Part shown: in pieces, positions 9,301-16,601 of the stretch
Layout of the letters: every line of letters begins with the position of its first letter
How positions within the stretch are numbered: position 1 is the first letter of the stretch
Source of the DNA: Geotalea daltonii FRC-32
GTDB lineage: Bacteria; Desulfobacterota; Desulfuromonadia; Geobacterales; Geobacteraceae
Assembly: GCF_000022265.1 (NCBI RefSeq)
Contig: NC_011979.1
Location: 2,550,001 to 2,582,000, forward strand
Direction: 5' to 3'
DNA: 32,000 nucleotides
Program-made: the position numbers and the translations under genes
Notes under the pieces: model-generated
Databases searched by the model: none
What the model saw: the letters and a program-made list of their open reading frames with translations, nothing else
Told to the model about the DNA's origin: nothing

Positions 9301-9559
9301 TTGAGCCGTCCTTTTCTTTGACAATTACATTGGTGAAGGTAAACGATGGGCCGAATTTAAAAGCAAACAGACCTTTTTCGTAAGTGACTTGCCTTTTAAG
9401 CATTCTCTGGGTTTCAGCCAGAATCTGCTCTTTATAGGTGTCCAGATGGAGGAGTTTATCCAGAAGGAATGAAAGACCGCCTCCTGCTAGAACAATGGCC
9501 AGCAGAAAGGAGAAGACGATGATAATATATTTGTTTTTTGGAGTCATATGTAAATCCAT
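6326..9559 (-). CDS. AsmA/YhdP/TamB-like large envelope (lipid transport/outer membrane assembly) protein, 1077 aa
   Basis: A single N-terminal TM helix (YIIIVFSFLLAIVLAGGGLSFLL) is followed by about 1000 aa of beta-rich repetitive sequence. The C-terminal signature IPIVGWILTGKDKTLVTAYFEAKGKIDDPKVSAIP is typical of AsmA-like C-terminal regions. An alternative ATG lies at 9547, and neither start has a clear RBS. Confidence 0.85.
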   Translation of the reverse strand: MDLHMTPKNKYIIIVFSFLLAIVLAGGGLSFLLDKLLHLDTYKEQILAETQRMLKRQVTYEKGLFAFKFGPSFTFTNVIVKEKDGSNDFVSAEKITFKVDLLPLLEKRVSLHEIILSHPKINLSRDDKGVFNFDDLLEKTDSSVSVHLKEIKVDKGTINFDDRSVVPSGLTTRLKDLDLHLGNMTRGKKCRIKLAASIGGAAPNKLSVSGTVRIARRDRPLKESIADLHIKTDNFDVSQFWPYYMAHVPFKKVMGRFDTDLNVKGKFEAFTSKGEVRVSSLRFDYPQVFHAVLTPRNTHFRYAMELTDRDIAVKSINLTVDKLNVEGSCSILDLHSKDPRIVAQAVTSTFRLEEFAGYIPYGIIVDDTADFIEKHIKGGTYQLNEGRLDGRISQILHMELGQNYNVLFIKGTVDKGIVSFGPQVPTFNRVKGDLEMRGKDFNLIRMSGNFGTSPFTLDGKIADYPLTTPSSYPFTMKMTPRQAEVAWLLGQGREKYLSFTGNSELNLAGNGFTSGYNLSGDWNLIDTAYSYRNYINKPAKRANRVAFRGSLNKEEAILSYLAYDLGPLHLTASAGYSYKGQDNLNLGLQTNMFSAGDITPMLPFIRQYSPTGKLKASVHGKGPGNDLAKFRWGGDIHFSGFAVKPPEPVKMLSNMSGVIHFKGDQLETSQLSVKMGSSTISGKGSLSGFKNPTLSMTFSSPSLDLSDLGYNLAGKALLAEKLHASISLKDKDLQIKELSTQIKKTSLSVRGMVKEIDNPKIDVAITSPNLDIEDLLLLSKLEPTGKSESSTNLKMKASIKAASGKYRDLEFKGLKADALFEDKILYLQQLGFSAFGGNVSGKGRFDSGSNGTPHYQVSFNLDGVSAEKATHAIGMKKQEITGTLSLQGELSAKGNTSADIKRTALGSLKIYMEDGSLRRFATLSKIFSILNVSQLLKLQLPDMVSGGMPYNSIAGTLAVKDGTISTSDFFLDSDAMNISCVGKIDLTREEIDATVGVQPLQTVDKVVSRIPIVGWILTGKDKTLVTAYFEAKGKIDDPKVSAIPVKYLAKGVFDIFRRVFELPAKIFTNTGEVIIGK

Positions 9560-9604
9560 GCCGGACGGAATTTAAGGTATTCACGCAGTTGCCTTGTCCG
9601 CCGG

Positions 9605-9633
9605 ATTATACTCTTCCGGCTACTCAGGTGCAA
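9605..9633 (-). promoter_or_regulatory. Sigma-70-type promoter for the AsmA-like gene
   Basis: The minus strand reads TTGCAC, a 17-nt spacer, then TATAAT (perfect -10), about 45 nt upstream of the ATG at 9559. Confidence 0.55.
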
Positions 9634-9738
9634 GTTTGTCTGTCACCTGTCAAATAACCTCAAGCAGAATATTACCCTCTGCACGGGCGGTTCAAGTGTC
9701 TTGGCTGGATTTTAAACCAGGTGAATGTGGCCCTGGCC

Positions 9739-11979
9739 TTATACCCAGGCGCCGCTGATCGGCAGTTCGATGGTGAAAATGGTGCCTTTGGGCTGATTGT
9801 CCTTGGTCCTGATAAAGCCGTGGTGATCGGAGATGATGGTATTGACAATGGCCAGTCCCAGACCGGTTCCGGCTTTCTTTGTGGAAAAGTAGGGCTCGAA
9901 GAGCCTGGCGCGATCCTCGGGGAGGATGCCATGGCCAGTATCGGCCACGGTGAAGGTAACCATTTTCAACTCCCTGTTGTAGGTGCTTTCGATGATTATG
10001 GCGCCGTTACCGTCTATGGCAGCCACTGCATTATCCAAAAGATTAATCAGCACCCGCTTGATCTGGTCCCGATCCAACTGGATCATTGGAATGTTTTCAT
10101 CGGTCCTCAGTGAAAAGGTGATATTGCGATGGGCTTCCTGATACAGTGTTATCGCTTCATGCAGAATCTCGTTCAGGTTGTTGGGTGAAGGCTGTGCAGC
10201 AGGCATGCGGGCAAAGTTGGAAAATTCATCGACCAGCGTCTTCAGCTCGTCCACAGATTTGATGATCATATCGGTGCATTCATCGAAAACCTTCTCTTCC
10301 CCCTCGAACTTTGATAGGTAACGCTTTCTCAGCCTTTGTGCCGATAGCTTTATGGGGGTCAGAGGGTTCTTTATTTCGTGGGCTATTCGTCTTGCAACTT
10401 CCCGCCAGGCGGCCATGCGTTGCGCCTTGATCAATTGTGTCAGATCGTCGAAAACGACGACGGTGCCGACGAATTCATCGTTTTCATCCTTGAGAACGGT
10501 CAGATTGACGAGGAGGGTGAGCTTGGCATCGCGTATGGGTATGGTTACCTGCTTGTTGACCGTATCCTGCTGGGAAACGATGAGATCGCGCAGCATGCTC
10601 TTTACTATGTCCAGATGGACCGGCTGCAAAACCTCCCGAAAATTTTTGCCGGTAACCTTCTGGGTGTTGATGTTGAGCAGGCGCTCGGCTGACTTGTTGA
10701 CTGTTGTCAGAACGCCCTGTTTATCCACCGAAATTACCCCGGCATTTACGTTTTTCAGGACGATCTCCATGTAACGCCGCCTCTGTTCCAGCTCAAGGTT
10801 GCTGCGGCTCAATTCTTCGTTGGTATTTTTCAGGGCCAGCTGGTTGTTTCGCAAATCCTGGGTCATCTTGTTGAATGACGAAATCAGCATGCCGATCTCG
10901 TCATTGCCCTTTTCACCCAGGTGAACATCCAGGTTCCCCTCGGCAACCTGTCTGGTGGCCTCGGCCAGCTCCTGGATCGGGATGGTAAGACTTTTTGCCA
11001 GATAAACGCCGAACCAGACCGCCAGGAAAATGATCACCATGGTGATGAGAAAAAGGGTGAGTATATAGCCGGTGGTGATGGGATTTTTCAGGATCTTCAG
11101 CTGGCGGAATTCGTGGTAAGAGGTGGATATTTCCTTCATCTTGCTTACCAGGGAGTAGGGTACGTAATAATTGACAACGACGACACCCACCACATCCGCT
11201 TCATTCCAGTTGGAATGGACGGGGACTATGCCGCGGATCAGATCTGCCTTGCCTACCGAGTTGACCTTGGTTACCTGTTTTCCCTGCAGTCCGATTTTGA
11301 TGTCTTCCGACGAGGGGTTGGTAAATTCACCCAGGGGCAGCTTGGGATTGGCAGCCCTGACCAGTTCTTCCTTCTGGGATGAATAGACTTCTACTACCCC
11401 CAGATTATACTCCTTTTGCTTCTGCCTGATCACCGCCTTGAGCCGGGGCAGGTTTTCCTCGTTGAGGAGTTTCTGTTCCTTGATGATGGCGCTGATTTGC
11501 TCACCGTAGTAGAGGGCATTTGCCGCCGAAGTCTTGTAATAAGTCTGGGCAACTTCCATGGATTCATCCAGGGAGGTTTCAACCTGTTTGTTGAACCAGT
11601 TTTGGATGCTGTTGGTAATGAAGCCGGCGGAAACGAAGAACAGAAGCATTGTCGGAACCAGTGAAAGGCCGACAAAGGCAAGAACCAGCTTGGTGCGGAG
11701 CTTGGCCCCCAAAGCATTTTGGCGGTGCTCGATCATGAGCTTCGCCACATTGCGGAACACCATGAAAATGAGCAGGATGATTAGAAGTATGATGACATTG
11801 ATAATGCCGAAAATGACGATATTGTTGCCCATCGGCACTTCGGAACTCAGCTTTGAAAGATGAATTTCGGTAATGGTTAGAAATATGATAAGCAGGAGGG
11901 AAAAAGCGACAATGAATCCCTCCCGTTTTCTCTTGCGCAACTCAGCTTTAGGCAGACCTTTTTCCGTATCGTTTCCCAA
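9739..11979 (-). CDS. NtrY-like sensor histidine kinase (multi-TM N-terminus, HAMP, PAS, HisKA, HATPase), 746 aa
   Basis: HAMP region (IQELAEATRQVAEGNLDVHLGEKGNDEIGMLISSFNKMTQDL), a PAS region, the H-box ARRIAHEIKNPLTPIKLSAQRL, the N box LINLLDNAV, and G boxes DTGHGI / GTGLGLAIV. The TTG start at 11979 has AAGGAAA upstream. No response regulator gene is adjacent. Confidence 0.9.
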   Translation of the reverse strand: MGNDTEKGLPKAELRKRKREGFIVAFSLLLIIFLTITEIHLSKLSSEVPMGNNIVIFGIINVIILLIILLIFMVFRNVAKLMIEHRQNALGAKLRTKLVLAFVGLSLVPTMLLFFVSAGFITNSIQNWFNKQVETSLDESMEVAQTYYKTSAANALYYGEQISAIIKEQKLLNEENLPRLKAVIRQKQKEYNLGVVEVYSSQKEELVRAANPKLPLGEFTNPSSEDIKIGLQGKQVTKVNSVGKADLIRGIVPVHSNWNEADVVGVVVVNYYVPYSLVSKMKEISTSYHEFRQLKILKNPITTGYILTLFLITMVIIFLAVWFGVYLAKSLTIPIQELAEATRQVAEGNLDVHLGEKGNDEIGMLISSFNKMTQDLRNNQLALKNTNEELSRSNLELEQRRRYMEIVLKNVNAGVISVDKQGVLTTVNKSAERLLNINTQKVTGKNFREVLQPVHLDIVKSMLRDLIVSQQDTVNKQVTIPIRDAKLTLLVNLTVLKDENDEFVGTVVVFDDLTQLIKAQRMAAWREVARRIAHEIKNPLTPIKLSAQRLRKRYLSKFEGEEKVFDECTDMIIKSVDELKTLVDEFSNFARMPAAQPSPNNLNEILHEAITLYQEAHRNITFSLRTDENIPMIQLDRDQIKRVLINLLDNAVAAIDGNGAIIIESTYNRELKMVTFTVADTGHGILPEDRARLFEPYFSTKKAGTGLGLAIVNTIISDHHGFIRTKDNQPKGTIFTIELPISGAWV

Positions 11980-12055
11980 TTTTATTTCCTTTTCAGTAAA
12001 TATGCCCGGTAACTCTATATGAAAGCCGTATTTATTTCAAGCCGCCCAGGCGCCC

Positions 12056-12084
12056 AAACAAAAAAAGCAGCCTTGCGGGCTGCT
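12056..12084 (-). terminator. Rho-independent terminator of lpxC
   Basis: On the minus strand, AGCAGCC-CGCAA-GGCTGCT (12084..12066) is followed by TTTTTTGTTTG. Confidence 0.7.
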
Positions 12085-12110
12085 TTCAGAGTACGGGAGG
12101 ATGATTCCTC

Positions 12111-13031
12111 TCAGCAGGCTTCCAACCATGCCATTTCCGGGATACCGAGAGGGATCTGGAAAGTCTTCTCATTGCTCTTGTCTTCCATAACAGTCCAGCA
12201 GTCGGGGCGGGACAGAAGTTCGGCGATAAAGCGGTGATTAAGTTCATGTCCCGATTTAGTCGCCTTGACATGGCCGATGATCTGCATTCCTGCAAGGGCA
12301 AAATCCCCCACAGAATCAAGAATCTTGTGACGGACGAATTCATCGGTGAAACGAAGCCCCTCCCCATTTACAATTCCAGATTCATCAATGGCTACAGCAT
12401 TGGCCAGGGAGGCCCCCAGGGCAAGGCCACGAGATCTCATCGTCTCCAACTCGGAGACAAAGCCGAAGGTCCTGGCAGGACAGAAATCATCAGTAAAGCA
12501 TTCCGGGTCGAATCTCATGGTCCTGAACTGCCGGTTGATGGCCGGATGGCTGAAGCGTAGATCAAAGGAAATGCGAAAATAGCGGGAGGGGATGATAGTG
12601 ATCCTTTTATCGCCGTCCCTGACGGTTACCGACTTTTTCACCACAAGGTACCGACGTGGCTTGCGCTGTGTGGTGATGCCTGCTTTGCGGATGGCGTCGA
12701 CAAAGGGGGCGGCGCTGCCGTCCATGATGGGAACTTCGAGGCTATTGATATCCACATGGATATTGTCTATGCCACAGCTGAACAAGGCCGCCATCAGATG
12801 TTCGATGGTTGCAACACTGGCGCCGTCTTTGCCGATGGTGGTCGACAACCGTGTATCGACCACGTTTGCGGCGGTTGCTTCAATGGTCACGGACCGGGGC
12901 AGGTCTGTTCGATGGAAAACAATTCCGTTGCCGGCATCCGCGGGACGAAGGGTCACCTGGGTTTCTTTTCCGGAATGAAGGCCTGTGCCGGTAAGGGTAA
13001 TCTTGTTTTTAAGTGTCTGCTGATAAGCCAT
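12111..13031 (-). CDS. lpxC: UDP-3-O-acyl-N-acetylglucosamine deacetylase LpxC, 306 aa
   Basis: MAYQQTLKNKITLTGTGLHSGKETQVTLRPADAGNGIVFHRTDL..., HLMAAL, IMDGSA, HKILDSVGDFALAG and GHELNHRF are LpxC hallmarks. The ATG at 13031 has AAGGAG 6 nt upstream. The 19 extra upstream codons in the ORF track are unsupported. Confidence 0.92.
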   Translation of the reverse strand: MAYQQTLKNKITLTGTGLHSGKETQVTLRPADAGNGIVFHRTDLPRSVTIEATAANVVDTRLSTTIGKDGASVATIEHLMAALFSCGIDNIHVDINSLEVPIMDGSAAPFVDAIRKAGITTQRKPRRYLVVKKSVTVRDGDKRITIIPSRYFRISFDLRFSHPAINRQFRTMRFDPECFTDDFCPARTFGFVSELETMRSRGLALGASLANAVAIDESGIVNGEGLRFTDEFVRHKILDSVGDFALAGMQIIGHVKATKSGHELNHRFIAELLSRPDCWTVMEDKSNEKTFQIPLGIPEMAWLEAC

Positions 13032-13221
13032 GGCAAACTCCTTTGCATAATAGTCAGTACACATATTATTTAGCAAGTTGTGGGCCATGTCTTAAAGGAG
13101 TGGATATCTGTTTTAATTTCAGCGTGTTGAGTGAAGGGTGGTGGAGCAGGGTCTGTGGCTGGAAGGTGAGAACATGTTGCAAAAAAGGTTCTCTGTGGCA
13201 AAAATGCAACAGTATTGGGAC

Positions 13222-14907
13222 CTATAGTCGTCCTGAACGGATGATGGCAATTACCCACCAGAAGCCGATAAGCCCTGCAATGGTATAACCGAGAAAGGCG
13301 AAGGCGGGAAATTCGAAGATGAGTGGCCCCTTATTGGTCTGCATCACTATGGATGAACCGATGATCAGAGCGGCAATAATGAGGCTGAAGGAGAGGCGGT
13401 TGATGGATTTATCCAGATCCTTGCTGAAATGATCCAACCCGCGGTGTTCGAGGTCGATCTTGAATTTGTTGTGGTTGAGACGGTGGAGTATTTCCCGTAG
13501 ATCACGCGGCAGATTCCTGGCCAGGTTCAGATAGGACATGAACATGGTGCTCAGGTCCTTGGCAAAGCTGCCAGGGGTGATTTTTTCTTTGATGGCCTTT
13601 TCCATGAATGGCCGCAGGTGTTCAATCATGTCAAACTCTGGATCAAGTTCCCGTCCCATCCCTTCTATTATCACCAGCGACTTTGCAAGGAGCATCAGGT
13701 CAGGTTGCAGTTTAATGTGGAATGTGGTGACTATATCTATAAACTCCACCAGCATCCGCCCGACTTCAATTTCCTGCAGGGGTATTTCATAGTAGCTGTC
13801 GATGAATTCCGACAGGTCCCTTTTCAGTGCCCGCCGGTTGAGATTTTCGCCTATCTCTCCGGAGTAAGCGAGGAGGGCAATCAGTTCATCCACATCCCGG
13901 TTGAGAATGGTGAAAATGATGTCAGTCAGGTATCTTTTGAGCTGGTTGTCCAGGCGCCCGACTATGCCGTAGTCCAACAGACAGATGATATTGTCCGGCA
14001 GAATCAGCACGTTACCCGGGTGTGGATCGCCATGGAAAAAGCCATGGTCCAGGACCATCTTGAGGAAGGCATCGGCACCCCGTCTGGCAATCAGTTTCCT
14101 GTCAAGTCCGGCCCGTTCCAGGGCCAGGTGATCCGTAACCTTGATCCCGTTGATGTACTCCAGGGTGAGGATGGTTTTGCCGGTATGTTGCCAGAAAACG
14201 GCGGGGAAATGCATGGTGCGGTCACCACTGAAGTTATCGCGTATCTTTTCAATGGTGTGCCCCTCCCGTGAAAAGTCCATTTCCCGGCGGATGGTGCGGG
14301 CAAATTCCTTGACCAGACCTACGGGATCGTAGATTTCGGCTGCCGGCATGTGGCGTTCCATGAGTTGGGCAATGCCCATCAGGACATCGATATCCGTTTC
14401 GACGAGGGCCTCTATTCCGGGACGGCGTATCTTGACCACCACATCTTCGCCCGTTCGCAGCCGGGCCCGGTGGACCTGGGCGATGGAGGCCGCAGCAACA
14501 GGAACCGGATCAATCTGGATGAACACTTCCTCCACCGGCTTGCCCAGTTCCAGCGTGATCTGCGTCTTAGCTTCTTCAAAAGGAAAGGACGGGACATTAT
14601 CCTGCAGTTTGGAGAATTCATCCACGAAGCTGCGAGGAATGACGTCCGGGCGGGTGGAAAGAAGCTGGCCAAGCTTGATGAAGGTCGGGCCCAGTTCCTC
14701 GAAGGCGAGCCTCATTCGCTCTGCCGGTGAATATTGGGCAATGGTCGAGGCCTTGCGCCGCAGCACCTTGCGGCTCATGGCAGCCAGTTGGGAAAGATTG
14801 AAATATTCCAGCAGATGTTCCAGTCCATACTTGACCAGTACTTTCACAATCTGCCGGTAACGTCGGATGCTGCGGATATTGCGGCTTAGCTGGATAAGGT
14901 TCAGCAT
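13222..14907 (-). CDS. ubiB: UbiB/ABC1/AarF-family atypical kinase, with two C-terminal TM helices, 561 aa
   Basis: LGPTFIKLGQLLSTRPDVIP, AAASIAQVHRARL, VVVKIRRPGI, FFHGDPHPGNVLI and LDYGIVGRL match the ABC1 kinase-like fold signature. Confidence 0.9.
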   Translation of the reverse strand: MLNLIQLSRNIRSIRRYRQIVKVLVKYGLEHLLEYFNLSQLAAMSRKVLRRKASTIAQYSPAERMRLAFEELGPTFIKLGQLLSTRPDVIPRSFVDEFSKLQDNVPSFPFEEAKTQITLELGKPVEEVFIQIDPVPVAAASIAQVHRARLRTGEDVVVKIRRPGIEALVETDIDVLMGIAQLMERHMPAAEIYDPVGLVKEFARTIRREMDFSREGHTIEKIRDNFSGDRTMHFPAVFWQHTGKTILTLEYINGIKVTDHLALERAGLDRKLIARRGADAFLKMVLDHGFFHGDPHPGNVLILPDNIICLLDYGIVGRLDNQLKRYLTDIIFTILNRDVDELIALLAYSGEIGENLNRRALKRDLSEFIDSYYEIPLQEIEVGRMLVEFIDIVTTFHIKLQPDLMLLAKSLVIIEGMGRELDPEFDMIEHLRPFMEKAIKEKITPGSFAKDLSTMFMSYLNLARNLPRDLREILHRLNHNKFKIDLEHRGLDHFSKDLDKSINRLSFSLIIAALIIGSSIVMQTNKGPLIFEFPAFAFLGYTIAGLIGFWWVIAIIRSGRL

Positions 14908-15218
14908 TCAGGACCTGGATCTTCGTCGCTCACCATATTTTCAAGGGCCTGCACACGCTTCTGCAAGCGGTCGAACTCCTCCCGAGATACCAGGCCCATT
15001 CGCTCTATGGTCTTCTTTACCTCATTTTCGGCTATTTCATTGATGCGTTCCCGGCTGTCCTTGGCCATGGCCTGGATTTTATCGAGGAGGGCCTTCCCTT
15101 CATCTTCACTCAGCTTATACTTTTCCTTCATTTCCGTCAGCAGTTCCTCAGCCTTTTTCTGTGTCATGGAAACTGCGCCGAGTCCCGTCAATAAAGCTTT
15201 TTCCAGTAATTCGAACAT
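14901..15218 (-). CDS. Small coiled-coil phasin-like protein (COG3937-like), 105 aa, overlapping the ubiB start by 7 nt
   Basis: MFELLEKALLTGLGAVSMTQKKAEELL ... GLVSREEFDRLQKRVQALEN resembles the phasin-like/BMFP-type coiled-coil family. AGGAGGAGG lies upstream of the ATG. The stop TGA (14903-14901) lies inside the ubiB start region (ATGCTGA). Confidence 0.6.
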   Translation of the reverse strand: MFELLEKALLTGLGAVSMTQKKAEELLTEMKEKYKLSEDEGKALLDKIQAMAKDSRERINEIAENEVKKTIERMGLVSREEFDRLQKRVQALENMVSDEDPGPEC

Positions 15219-15338
15219 AAGTCCTCCTCCTAGCGGGTTTTTTACAGTTAAAAGGTAGCAGAAGAGCCGAAGATATCAAGGGGCAAAGGGCATTTCAGCT
15301 TCATTAGTTCCATTCGGAACCTCCGGACGGAAACTACA

Positions 15339-15551
15339 TTACCTCCTGAAAAGCCACAATATCAGTGAAAGCAGAAGAGATATCAGAATACTGGTGGCAA
15401 GGGGAAAATAAAAACTGAAGTTTTCCCGCTTGATGTGGATGTCACCAGGCAATCGCCCCAGCCACGGAATTTTTCCGGCAAGGGAAACGGCCACTCCGAT
15501 GGCGGCAATGATCAGGCCAAGGTAGATGAGAGCTTTGCCGATTCCGCTCAT
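15339..15551 (-). CDS. DUF2905-family small membrane protein, 70 aa
   Basis: MSGIGKALIYLGLIIAAIGV ... GRLPGDIHIKRENFSFYFPLATSILISLLLSLILWLF matches the DUF2905 pattern. Its start overlaps the queH stop as ATGA (15551-15548). Confidence 0.7.
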   Translation of the reverse strand: MSGIGKALIYLGLIIAAIGVAVSLAGKIPWLGRLPGDIHIKRENFSFYFPLATSILISLLLSLILWLFRR

Positions 15552-16102
15552 GCAGGTTCCTTCGCCGAAACCGGTCGCGGCTGATAACGGTCTTTCTCGC
15601 TGTAGATGCAACCGCAGTATTGCTGGCGATAGATGCCCATCTTTTTAGATATTTGAATACCTTCTTGCCAGCCCACGCGGTAATCGCTGTAATGGAAGGG
15701 GATGCCGTAGCTTTCGCCTATTTTTTCTCCAAGCTCCCGAATAATTTCGTGCTTTTGGTATCTGCTGTACAGAAGAGAAGAAGAGTAGGCATCGAAGCCC
15801 CCTTCTACTGCAGCAGCTGCCGCAGCCGCCAGACGGGAGCTGTAGCAGTAGAGACAACGATCAGCCGGTTTGGCAGCGACCGCTGAAAGAAAGTCTTCCA
15901 GGCGATATTCATCCTGGTAGATGACTTCCAGGTCGATCAATCCCGCATATTCCCTGACCGTCTCCAAACGTTTCCGGTACTCCAGATAAGGGTGAATATT
16001 GTGGTTGAAGAAATAGCCGGTTACGGCCATGCCGCTGGAGCGCATTTCCTTGACCGGGTAGATGGCGCACGGGGCGCAGCAGATGTGGAACAGTATTTTC
16101 AT
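15548..16102 (-). CDS. queH: Epoxyqueuosine reductase QueH (DUF208), 184 aa
   Basis: The N-terminal HICCAPC motif, internal CLYCY and C-terminal QQYCGCIYS are the conserved Cys clusters of QueH. Confidence 0.85.
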   Translation of the reverse strand: MKILFHICCAPCAIYPVKEMRSSGMAVTGYFFNHNIHPYLEYRKRLETVREYAGLIDLEVIYQDEYRLEDFLSAVAAKPADRCLYCYSSRLAAAAAAAVEGGFDAYSSSLLYSRYQKHEIIRELGEKIGESYGIPFHYSDYRVGWQEGIQISKKMGIYRQQYCGCIYSEKDRYQPRPVSAKEPA

Positions 16103-16165
16103 GGGGACTAAATTAGCGTTTCATTTCGAACAAAGCAAATAAATTTATCGGGAGTAGATCCAGGT

Positions 16166-16597
16166 TCAAACGTCGAGAACGACACAGGCTTTCCAGCCAT
16201 GCTCGTCATTTTTAAGTGAAAAACGATGCAGGGTCACCGCCTTGACGTCTGTAAGCAGGCGATGTTTTGCCGGGTCGATCCGCTCGCCCCGGGCGATAAC
16301 CTTTGCCCTGTGCATCCCGGCCTCCTGGCTGAAGTATAGGGACTGGATGCGGAGCAGCAGGCGCTTCGCATCCTTGAGAAATACCAGTTCATTCAGCACG
16401 TCGAAGAGCAGCAGGTCAAGTGCGGCATTTTCCAGTTCAAACTCTAGACTCTCCTCTGGTCCAATGCCGGCCACATCTTCGGTCATGGTATTGAGCAAGG
16501 CATCGGCGGCGGCAGTGAATACCTCTTCCAGTGTGGTCCCCGATGCTTCGAAAGCGGTGTCGGCGGTAGCTATATTTTCCAGATAATGGTAAGGCAT
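16166..16597 (-). CDS. Archease (RtcB activator/chaperone), 143 aa
   Basis: HYLENIATADTAFEASGTTLEEVF ... VKAVTLHRFSL ... ACVVLDV shows the archease N-terminal ADxAF and C-terminal VKAxTxH motifs. The start lies 4 nt after the rtcB stop. Confidence 0.85.
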   Translation of the reverse strand: MPYHYLENIATADTAFEASGTTLEEVFTAAADALLNTMTEDVAGIGPEESLEFELENAALDLLLFDVLNELVFLKDAKRLLLRIQSLYFSQEAGMHRAKVIARGERIDPAKHRLLTDVKAVTLHRFSLKNDEHGWKACVVLDV

Positions 16598-16601
16598 GTA
16601 T

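Noticed and set aside
9721-11863. Several plus-strand ORFs of 70-150 aa opposite the NtrY-like kinase
   Set aside because: All lie inside the motif-supported minus-strand kinase frame.
13174-13210. Inverted repeat TGTTGCA-N23-TGCAACA between ubiB and lpxC, with a TGGCA-like segment
   Set aside because: The stem is only 7 bp with a large loop. No T-tract follows, so it does not look like a terminator. The spacing does not fit a sigma-54 promoter. It may be an operator, but the support is too weak to call.
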